DNA from: Antedon mediterranea
Taxonomy: Eukaryota; Animalia; Echinodermata
NCBI RefSeq assembly: GCF_964355755.1
Contig: NC_092671.1
Location: 7,130,001 to 7,194,000 of the forward strand
DNA length: 64,000 nucleotides
Direction of reading: 5' to 3'
Shown: positions 53,069 to 64,000 of the stretch, in pieces
Layout: each line of letters begins with the position of its first letter
Position numbering within the stretch: position 1 is the first letter of the stretch
Translations under genes and position numbers: made by a program
The notes under the pieces: generated by a model
Seen by the model: only the letters and a program-made list of their open reading frames with translations
Database searches by the model: none
Told to the model about the DNA's origin: nothing

Positions 53069-56000
53069 ATGACGCAGTTCGTAAATATTTTGCTCTTGCT
53101 TGCTGGCATTATTACCAACATTTCGGGTCGTGAGTATTATTTATTTTCAACTATACATTGTATTTGTAGTTGTTATGCGCTGATGTAGTTAATATCTTGT
53201 TTTCTTCAATGTACTAGGATGATGTCCGTTTTTCTAAGGTCTATAGATAATGAAATAGAAATCGAAATGTTTAACCATTATGGTATAAAGCTCTGTCTAC
53301 ACTACCAAACTTTATGTGACAAAAACATGTGATATATATGGACACAATGACGTTATATCACTACCATATTTGGGCACATCAACCTAGTTTTGTCAAACTA
53401 GTTTGATAGGGTAGACAGTTTTTATATGCGAATTTTTAGGTTACCCCTTTTCCGGTAAAATCTGCAGTATTTCACAACTAGCTTTCCAATTTAATGGAAG
53501 CAGGATAGAAATTCCTTACAGAACTTAGCGTAAATTAAAATCATTTTTTACAACACAGACCCTCAACCACCAAATCCTTGCGCAGGTAACCAGTGTACTT
53601 CTGGCGCTACGTGTGTTCCCGATAATAACGATCAGCGTGGCTACAGATGTCAGTGTACAGGATGTTTTGGAGGAGATTTCTGTGGGATAGGTACCGTACA
53701 GTTTCCGCTTAATTATTGATTATTATTTTCAACATCATTAAAAACGCTATATAATTATCTATAAACAATTTATATTGTAAACCAATTTTTAAATTATTTG
53801 TAAGTAATCTGGGATTTCTATATTTGTATTGTATATGCATGTTTGTATTGTAAATTATTGTACACCATAACAGCCGTCGAAGTGCTTTATTTAATGATTT
53901 TTAAATTAGGTATTTTATTTACACTGCCTTTCTTTCTTAAAATGTCATAACGGTTGAAATTGCGTCTTATTTCTTATAGTTAAACCAGTTGCCAATCCTT
54001 GCTCATTACTTGGCGGTATTCCTTGTCAGCACGGTGGAACGTGTGCTTTTACCGACTGTATACTGTCGTGTTTATGCGTTCCGGGATACACTGGTAAATT
54101 TTGCGAAGGTAGGTATCTTTAAAAATCTTATATTACGGAGCAAAGATAGTACTACTCATCACCGAAGAAAGCAAACAAGATAGGATTTGGGTTTGGAAAG
54201 TACAGTTATTGACAACTGGCATTTTATAATACACATTGATATATCACACCTGTTTCTTTCAGTGCGACCATCATGTACACCAGGATTCCATGTCTGTAAT
54301 AATAGAAACTGCGTTGCACCGCAAGACGTCTGCAACGGCATTGATGACTGTGGTGACAATAGTGATGAAGCCAATTGCGGTAAGACCAAGTTAAATTAGA
54401 AATCTCCAAAAAAAAAATGGTCATTTAAAATCTGGTATTTAAGTTCATGTTTGACCAATCCTTCCTTGTGAACTAAGAGTATGGAACGATTTCCAGAATG
54501 TTGGTAACATCTTCATGTTAACGTTGACCTCTGTATTCTCTCAAATAGGGTTGAATCCTTGCCAATCTGGAGAGAACTTATGCCAAAATGGAGCAACCTG
54601 CATTCCTACAAAGACCGTTCTTGGCTACGTCTGTCAATGCACCACATGCTACGAAGGGATCTACTGTCAAAATAGTATGTAGTTTTGTATTATAATAAAA
54701 CTCGTGCTCGTACATAATATAGATTGAAAGTTCTACCATATTGTGAAAGTGTTTTATATTGGTAATTTTTTATAGGGTGTTTTTCCAAATTATTGTGTAT
54801 TAATTTCACTGTAATTATTTTGAGTACTTCTTGTTTTATAATTTTATGTAATTGTATATGGCTTTCGTCTCTTCTCTTTTATTTTTTTCTTCTGTTTGTT
54901 TGAACTCTCATTTTAAGCATCTATTTTATTTAAAATACCAAACATACGCACATAAACCAAACGTTTTGTTTAAAGCTGATTCCAATAATTATTATATTTA
55001 ATTTACTGTATTTTTTTCAGAAAGAGTAGTTTTGAATCCTTGCTTAATAATCGGAGACATTATTTGTAGAAATGGTGGTACATGTGATTTTACAAATTGC
55101 TTGTTCAATTGTATATGCACATCGCAATACACAGGACGGTTTTGTGAAGGTAACTTATTGATTCAGCAGATTTAAACCAAGCAGTTTTAAAATGAAATTG
55201 GCCTAAATAATATATATACTTTTGTTTTATTGTTCATTTAAATTAATCAAATGAAGACAAAAGAAAGAATAATAAATGTCTTTTGCGAGATATAAAAAAA
55301 AAATCATAACAGCTTGCCTCACTTTTGTGTAATAAAAACGCCTTTAAATTTTGTTCTTTTTTAATTCCTTTTCGTTCTTCAATGATTTTTAAAAATTATA
55401 AATAAATTTTTAGTTATAAAATAAGGTTGGTGGTTAATGAATTAATAACATTGGTGGTTTAAGCCACAAAAGAGAAAGAAAAGGTTGATAAAGTACCGAT
55501 ACACAATCTTATATATATCACATACATTTAAAGAAAACAGTTTTAATTTATTCTAGATTATGTATGTATGGAACTGCCTTGTCCTGTGCCTTGTCCGTTT
55601 GGGTATACGAAAGACAGTTTCAGCTGTGACACTTGTGACTGTCTTCCTAGTAACGGTAGGTACTTATTAACAGATACAGAGTCAATATAACCACACGTTA
55701 ATGTAGGTCTACAGTATATCATCCATCATTAGTCGAATATTCAACGTGACGTATTTTGTTTCGCAGATCCCTGTCCAAATGAAGCTCCCGTAGTAAACTG
55801 TTTGGTAGATCCATGTTCAGTTGCCCAGTGCCCAACTAACCCGGATGCTCGTGCGTGTGTGTAAGTGATTCTTATATTTCTGATTCGATATAGATAGAGC
55901 AAAACTTAATGCGAGGTTGTAATTCTTTCAATTTTTTTTCAAATCTTAGACCAAACTACTGTGGCAGTTGCAATGCTGTGTTCTATGACATAAACGGAAA

Positions 56001-59000
56001 TATAGTGAATTGTTTTGGTACGTATCTTTAGAAAACTAAGATTTTAACAAAAAGAAAATTAATTATACTACTTATAATAAAATGCACACTCCTCCAAAAA
56101 TAGTCTCTTAACTTTAATGTACTCTATTTCCTTGATGAAACACGTGCAAGTCTTATGAAAATTGCAAGCAACCGAAAGAAAAGGACGATGTCCATTTCAA
56201 GCTAGAATGTACGATCACAAATATAATATTCAAAATTAACTTACACAAGTGTAGGCCTATAGTTCCATTTGCCTTTTTCATTTTGCCTAATATGTTTTAT
56301 AAATAAATTGGAAATTTACAATCTGTTTTAACTTTACCCGTTTCAGCCCCCTGTCCTGATGGAGTTCCGGTTGTTAGTTGTTTGGTTGATCCGTGTCAAT
56401 TCGCTGAGTGCCCGGCTTATCCAAATGCAGTGTGTATGTAAGTAAGGTGCTTAGTGTGCATAGTTTATCTATAAATGCATATCTGTTACTGCTGTTCTTC
56501 GAAACGATTGGTCTTAAAGTTAGTCTCATAAAAATATTCTAACTTTCTAAGTTAAAAATGAAAAGCTAGACAACACAACAAAACAATATTATAATTGCTA
56601 CAAAGGTAATTATTTAATTTATTTGATTAAAATAACATCATATCAGTAAATTGAATGAATTTTGCCTCACCCTAGATCCAACTACTGTGGTGGCTGCAAT
56701 GCTGTATTTTATGACGATAGTGGAAATCAAGTGAATTGCAGTATGTCAGTTTTCTTTTCTTTTTTTTTTTCAAATTTTAATATGTTCTTGCTCAGGCAAT
56801 TAGCTTCCAAATTACTTATCTTCATGTTTCATTTGATGACGTCATCACCTACGTCCCGTAAATTTACCTATGCTGCTCTGTATAAAGTATAACAACTGTA
56901 AAATGACAAAATAGACTACGCTCGTACAGTATACATGCATGTTGCGTTTGCGCGTATTACCTAATTATAAATTTTACATCTTTTTCCTAAATCTTAGATT
57001 TTCTACAAAAAATTGAATGTCAGCCCAAAACTGCATGATTTTGTTTCCAAAATATAAGTTTGCTGGTGCGCTGTAATTAAAAAGAAAACATTTTTGTTTT
57101 TTGGCAACAAAAATAAAAAAGATCTTAAGATCTAAGAATATGAAATAACATTATTTCAGATATTTGTGATAAAGAAGTTGCGATTGTCCAGTGTCTTGTT
57201 GATCCATGTCAAGTCGCTGAATGTCCAGCTTATCCAACTGCTGAATGCGTGTAAGTATCTTAGTATATTTAGTTTCAAGCGTTAACAAAATGTCTTTAGT
57301 TTAGTCTTTATAAATCTTGTTTTAACTATTAATTCATAAGGCCGAGAAAGTTACGATATATTCTAGATTAAAATGTTATTGTTTCTTGTAGGTCTAACTT
57401 TTGCGATGGATGCAACGCTGTCTTCTACGATACTTACGGGAACAAAATAAATTGTGAAGGTAATAATGTTAACAATAATATAAACAATATAGTACATAGA
57501 ATATGAAAATATTAAAAGAATGTAAACAAATATGCCTGTTCGTATGATAAAATATACTGACGGTTGTAAAGTTTTTTATCCTTGTCTAATAGCGACCTTT
57601 TCATGTCACAATCAATAGCGCCCTTTCCTTTTTAAGACGCGCCACTCGACTATGTTTAAATTCATTCTGCGCACCCCCATACATTTCTGAGCGTGCGCAG
57701 GTCTCCTATTCGCGTGACGCGTCGTGAAAAGGAATGCCCGCTATTATATTGGGTTCAATTCAGTCAAGCTGGATAAGAACAACCAAAAATCTTTAGAACA
57801 CCAGACAGTAACAACTTAATGAATGCTACTCATTTTTCAGGTCCTTGTCCAGAAGAAATTCCGGATTTTAATTGTTTTGTTGATCCCTGTCAATTTGCCG
57901 AATGTACCTCCCATCCAAATGCTGTTTGTTTGTAAGTATCTTAAGTTACGTGATTATAAATGAATAACTATTTCTTTAAAGATAAATAATTCACGAAATA
58001 AAAGAAATTTTTATTGTTGTAATATATGTAACTTTCGCGTAGCCTACAGTATAATAAAGTGTTTGTAGCCTACCTGCTTATATAAAAAAACGGTTTCTCG
58101 TTTATTCATGGACCTATTATAGGTCCATGGTTTATTCGATTATTCAATCATTTATTCAATCATTTATTTCAATGCTATTTTAGATCAAACTACTGTGGAG
58201 GCTGCAATGCCGTTTTCTTTGATAACGGAAACAGGGTGAATTGCGGTAAGTATAATTCAGTTTAACGGACGACGATAGTAAATCCCGCAAACAGCAGAAA
58301 CAGTCATTGTGAAATTACTTAACATTAAATCCAAGATTTTTGCACATATCTGTTCATTTGCACTCAAAGAATGGAATTTCTAAATTGAATAACTTCCTTA
58401 AAAAATGGTACAGTGTGTCTTATTCAGATCGTTGTCCTCCTAGATTTCCAATTGATTCGCTGATCCTTGTCCCCGCCGATATCACAGCGGACTCAATTAT
58501 TTTTTTTGTCAACGAAGACTTTATTGCGCATGTTATGTAACAATCTCACAATTCAATTAAAGATATTAATTATTTTTGAATACAAAATAACATTTCAGAT
58601 ATTTGTGATAAAGACGTTCCGGTTGTTCAGTGTCTTATTGATCCATGTGAAGTCGCTGAGTGTCCAGCTTATCCAAGTCTCAAATGCGTGTAAGTATTAT
58701 TTTCCAAGTGCGAGTATTCTATTCCAAGTGCGAGTATTCTATTCCAAGTGCGAGTATTCTATTCCAAGTGCTAAAAATTCTTATTGTTTGTGAATAAAGG
58801 ATGAGGTACATCATAGTAGTAATCACTGCTTGTTTCCAGTTCCTACTCATCGACGTAGACACTTTATTGGCAATTTAAACATTAATACAATTATTGGTTC
58901 TGATTTTTCTTATCAGATCTAATTTTTGTGGCGGTTGCAATGCCGTGTTCTATGACACATATGGAAACGAAATAAATTGTGAAGGTAATTAGCTCTGTCT

Positions 59001-62000
59001 ACACTATCAAAGTTTATTTGACAAAACAATGTAATGTGCCCATTATTATATGGACACGATGAACTCATATCACTACCGTAATTGGGCACATCACACCTTT
59101 TTTGTCAAACTAGTTTGATATAGTAGACAGAGCTTAAGACAGTTTTACAATCTAGCTTAACTGTAGGCCTATTATTAGAAAATATTTCATGTTAACATTT
59201 GAAAAAGGCTGTACGACTTTTTTCAGGTTCCTGTCCTGACGGAATTCCTGTTGTGAATTGTTTAGTTGATCCCTGCCAATTTGCCGAATGTCCCGCTTCA
59301 CCAAGTGCTTTATGTGTGTAAGTAGGCCTACATTGTTAGCGGGGAGGGGACCGGTATTCAGCGGAGATAAATGAAATTAATAATAGTCGAGGAATAATGT
59401 TCAGGTGAATACCTGTATGAAACACCTTAGCTTCTGGTTCCGGGATGCTGTCGAGTTTTGACGGGTGCGCAGATCTCTGGAATCTTCAGAGTCCATTCTA
59501 TGATGTTCTAACCTACCAATGTCCGGTTACTGAAATGGAATAATGTAACTTTAATTAAAACACAATTAAATTACTTAAATAAATTAAATGTATTTGCTGT
59601 TTTTTCAAATCACAGATCCAACTTCTGTGGAAATTGCAATGCTGTATTCTATGACAACAATGGAAATCAAGTGAATTGTGATGGTTTGTATTTTAGAAAA
59701 ATCACATAGGCCTACAACAGGTCTCAGATATTCAATGTTTAAACAACAAGAATAAAGTGAGATAACGTAATCGTTTTATTTCCAGACTGTAGAAAACAAG
59801 AGTGTGCATTTGTTTGTCCCTTTGGTAACGTCCTAGATGAAAATGGCTGCCAGACATGTGCTTGCTTGCAAGGTAAGACTGAATAAGCAGAAGAATCACG
59901 TGATTTATGGTATTAAACTTACACACAAGTAATTAATATTTTAACAAATTCAAATTAGAACTGAGTGAACAATGTGTGAAGCTGCTCTCATTACTTACAG
60001 TATTTAATTTACGGAAATTGTTATTATGTATATATTCCTTCTAATTGTAACAATCAGGTGTTTATTCTTTTTTCCTATTATAACAATAGATTATAATAAT
60101 TATAAATTGTAGCTCCGTGTAACTTAGATGAAGAACCTGCCAACTGCTTGACCGATCCATGCAAAGTTAACTTTTGTTTCATTCAACCCTCGCTGTGTAT
60201 GTAAGTTAATTATAACCTTCCAGGTTTTTCTAATCAATGCTTAGCTTTCTATATTCTCAAAACACAAATACAAAACAAAACTAGTACAGTAATTTTAAAA
60301 GTACTAAAAGTGGCCAAATGATATTAACAGAAAATGTGTTTGGCTCCCTCTCTGTGTCTGTAATTCGATTTAGATTTATTTGCACAGACATTTCAATATT
60401 CATGCATTAAATAAACTATATTCCCCACGACTAACATTTCAGAAGAGTTTGGGGGTGAATAAAGTTTCATTGAGTAAAAAGAAAAACAATATAGACCGAC
60501 CCAAACATTTTAATAAAAATTAAAAAAAAAGTTTACTTTTGTTTTAAAGAAAATCTATGTTGGTCGAAGTAACTAATTTATATGAATTGATATAAATTAA
60601 CCAGAGTACAAGCCATGTCGATCCGGCGTATATCGTTTCTATTTTACTTATAGCTTCATGTCCAATTCATTTTAGTCTAGTCTAAAAATGGTCAAGTTTA
60701 ATTAGAATAAATAAAAATAAATAGTATTTTGCGCCAATATACAATTTATTTTATATCTTTAGTTTAGGCAGCTTGACATATTGAAATATTTTATTTACGA
60801 TTTACCCAGGCCTATTTTATGTGCTTGTGAATCTTACCTCTGAAACTATTTCCAAACCAATTTCCAAATATTATATACTTTTAGTTTAAGCATTTAATGA
60901 ATAATTTATTCTACATTATTTCATTTCGTGCTTGATAATGTTAAACGTTATATTTGCTAGACCCAACTTTTGCAATGGATGTGATGCGTTTTTCTACGAC
61001 ACAAATGGGAATGCCATCGAAGTATGTCGTTTTTCAGGTACTGATTTTTTTTTTTTTGGTGGGGTTGGGGGCGCGGGGTGTTGTGTCTCTCATCCAGTAT
61101 CTATATTATAAGTGAGGTCTATATTATAAGTGAGAGAGTTTGTCTGTCTGTCTGTTTGTCTGTCTGTTTGTTTGTTTGTTCGTTATACAAATTTTTGTTA
61201 CTGCACATAATCTTACATATGGGGTATGAAAATGACCGCTATTGTACCGGGAATGTTCTAAGCTATATTTCAACATCATCCGCCACCTAGGATCCAAGTT
61301 AGGGACCAAAATGTGGTCAAAACCCCCACTTTCGATGTTTGTTCGTTATACAAATTTCTGTTTCTGCACGTAACCATACGTATGGGGTATCAAAATGATG
61401 GCAATTGTACCCGGAAGGTTTTAAACTACATTAAAAAAAATTCCCCCGACTCCTGGGGTTTTTGTGGGAGGGGTGGGGGCGGTGGTGGTGTGGTGGTTTG
61501 TGATGTCATTTTTTGCTAGGGCTCGGGGTTGTAGGCTATCGAATTGTAAAATTATACTACAAAAGTTTGACAGTATTTGAATTATCCTCAGCAAGGCGTT
61601 TGGGGAAATATAGATATAGATATACATATTTTATTCATTAACCAATATGACACCTATTCAATTATACATTTAGCAAAGTACTTTAACCATATCCAGCTAT
61701 GTATCGGTCTCTTGGATTGTCTCATTACAGACATCCATACACTGTGTGAACATACACATGATGTTTACTGTTACTGTGTTCAACTACATCACCAATCCTC
61801 CAAGACAAAAACGTCAATTGTGGGAGAGTGGGGTTGGGAGATAGGGTTTGGGTTCAGGGGATTTTGCTTACACCAGAGTTGTGGTTGGAAAATGTTAAAG
61901 TATTTAATCATCCCTGGGAAGCAGATGGGAGTTTGGGGTGGGGATGTAGGCCTATCACCATGACCGAAACTGTATTTGGAATGTTTTAAACTACATTTCA

Positions 62001-64000
62001 AAACTGCCACTGAGAGATTATGGGTTGGGAGTGATAATAACATAATTTGTACTGGGGTGTAGTGTAGTAGGGGGAGGAGGAGCGAAAATACTAGCGTAAT
62101 GAAGTAGCCTATATGATTGGATTGTACTAGGAAAAGTTACTCAATTTCCCTATTGTACCGGGAATGTTCTAAGCTATATTTCAACATCATCCGCCACCTA
62201 GGATCCAAGTTAGGGACCAAAATGTGGTCAAAACCCCCACTTTCGATGTTTGTTCGTTATACAAATTTCTGTTTCTGCACGTAACCATACGTATGGGGTA
62301 TCAAAATGATGGCAATTGTACCCGGAAGGTTTTAAACTACATTAAAAAAAATTCCCCCGACTCCTGGGGTTTTTGTGGGAGGGGTGGGGGCGGGGGTGGT
62401 GTGGTGGTTTGTGACGTCATTTTTTGCTAGGGCTCGGGGTTGTAGGCTATCGAATTGTAAAATTATACTACAAAAGTTTGACAGTATTTGAATTATCCTC
62501 AGCAAGGCGTTTGGGAAAATATAGATATAGATATACATATTTTATTCATTAACCAATATGACACCTATTCAATTACACATTTAGCAAAGTACTTTAACCA
62601 TATCCAGCTATGTATCGGTCTCTTGGATTGTCTCATTACAGACATCCATACACTGTGTGAACATACACATGATGTTTACTGTTACTGTGTTCAACTACAT
62701 CACCAATCCTCCAAGAAAAAAACGTCAATTGTGGGAGAGTGGGGTTAGGAGATAGGGTTTGGGTTCAGGGGATTTGGCTTACACCAGAATTGTGGTTGTT
62801 AATCATCCCTGGGAAGCAGATGGGAGTTTGGGGTGGGGATGTAGGCCTATCACCATGACCGAAACTGTATTTGGAATGTTTTAAACTACATTTGAAAACT
62901 GCCACTGAGGGATTATGGGTTGGGAGTGATAATAACATAATTTGTACTGGGGTGTAGTGTAGTAGGGGGAGGAGGAGCGAAAATACTAGCGTAATGAAGT
63001 AGCCTATATGATTGGATTGTACTAGGAAAAGTTAACGCAGTATCTAAATAACATATTTTAATTATCAGCCAATATGACACCTATTCATTTACACAATTTA
63101 CAACGTACCATTTAACCATTATTAGACCCATCGTAGCTATGCATACTCCTCTCAATTCGAAGCTTAAGTTGAATTGAATTTGTCCATCACTGGGAAGAAT
63201 TTGTTTTTAAGAAAGAGTATGGGGTGTTATTGAAGAGGGGTGGAGGTTGGCGAGTATAGACAGATACTGGCGTCGGGTGTTATGTACTGAGAAGGCTGTA
63301 AACTAATTTTGAAACCCGCCCTGGGGCGGGTATAATTGCTAGTCAGCTATATACGTAGATTACAAACGAAACATCCGGGTAATTACTGGATATAAAGTAG
63401 GCCATGCTAAAACGTCACGAATGATCCGCAAATTACGCATTGAATCGGACCGATGCTCACACTCGTCAAAAATGATATGATTTATTGTTTACAGAGAAAT
63501 ACAACGCTCAAAGACACTTTATAGCCTCTCTAAAATTTATGAATATTTTATAAATGAGAAGACGTATTCAAAATAATAAATTATTCTTGTCTTTTAGATT
63601 CAGAATACATCATGCAGTTACAATGTCAACACTCATTCAGTTTCGGTTTTTTTCTCTGCATTCCATAAAAATTAGGAATAATATGTTTTACTTCGTCAAA
63701 CATAACACAAAAGAATTTTAAAAAAAAAAGATTTTAAAAAACTCGTTGACGGTCATAATTGTAATTTCTTACAAAAACAAAAAAATAAATTTAATTACAG
63801 ACTGTCGGGGTGACCTGGTTTTCAATGAATGTGCAAGTGCCTGCCCAACCACATGCGACAACTTAGATGAAATCCAAATATGCATCTTACTGTGCGTACC
63901 AAAATGTGCCTGTCCATCAGGAACGATACTAAAAGACCTCAACTCAACAACATGCGTCCCTCCTGAACAATGCCACTGTCCACAAATAAAATGTGCCAAT
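53069..64000 (+). CDS. Secreted cysteine-rich mosaic protein C, 3' end outside window: signal peptide, EGF pair, LDLa, EGF pair, antistasin, 6 NYCGGC modules, antistasin, NYCGGC module, TIL, start of a further antistasin
   Basis: Exons 53069-53129 ([20 protein letters not shown]), 53559-53690, 53980-54108, 54263-54379 (LDLa, [16 protein letters not shown]), 54549-54674, 55021-55149, 55557-55655, 55767-55860, 55950-56017, 56347-56437, 56676-56740, 57160-57250, 57392-57459, 57841-57931, 58184-58245, 58599-58689, 58917-58984, 59227-59317, 59616-59683, 59786-59872, 60113-60200, 60961-61037, 63801->64000; phases compatible. Confidence 0.85.
53290..53418. mobile_element. TGTCTACACTA-family MITE
   Basis: ctgtctacactaccaaact ... 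agtttgatagggtagacag. Confidence 0.75.
58702..58771. repeat. 20-bp tandem repeat, about 3.5 copies
   Basis: ttccaagtgcgagtattcta repeated just after a gene C donor site. Confidence 0.9.
58992..59133. mobile_element. TGTCTACACTA-family MITE, inserted 7 nt into an intron of gene C
   Basis: gctctgtctacactatcaaa ... tttgatatagtagacagagc. Confidence 0.8.
61100..63342 (+). mobile_element. Non-autonomous Helitron containing an internal tandem duplication of about 911 bp
   Basis: A|TCTATATTATAAG... start, (GTCT/GTTT)n tract, 3' hairpin acccgccctggggcgggt followed by CTAG|T; about 61239-62139 is repeated at about 62150-63034. Confidence 0.85.

Noticed and set aside
61313-62748. Duplicated ORFs of 68-128 aa
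   Set aside because: They lie in the Helitron internal repeat, have no recognisable domain and are broken differently in the two units.
63598-63667. Acceptor-like ttttag followed by a short frame in the last gene C intron
   Set aside because: No module similarity and no convincing donor; not needed to keep the frame.

Overview
AT-rich, intron-rich animal DNA, probably a marine invertebrate deuterostome such as an echinoderm (inferred from a WAT-bearing cholinesterase, a PTS2-type AGPS and a near-vertebrate exon layout). All exon boundaries were read by eye. Left to right: (1) the last four coding exons of a cholinesterase-like gene ending in a WAT/T-peptide; (2) four tandem genes for a Sulfotransfer_5-like PAPS-dependent sulfotransferase, each with an uninterrupted CDS, interleaved with decayed copies of the esterase 3' end; (3) a complete 20-exon AGPS (alkyl-DHAP synthase) on the minus strand, whose intron 6 hosts a fifth sulfotransferase and tRNA-Thr(CGT) on the opposite strand, and which also has a GC-AG intron and a minisatellite built from its own splice donor; (4) tRNA-Leu(AAG); (5) three paralogous secreted cysteine-rich mosaic genes (A and B minus, C plus and running off the window), built from paired 7-Cys EGF domains, an 8-Cys NYCGGC module I cannot name, antistasin-like, TIL and LDLa modules. 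Two LINE fragments, two Helitrons, a Kolobok-like element, several MITEs and a strongly over-represented TAGGCCTA octamer fill the non-coding space. The best candidates for novelty are the Cys-rich gene family and the shuffled sulfotransferase array.
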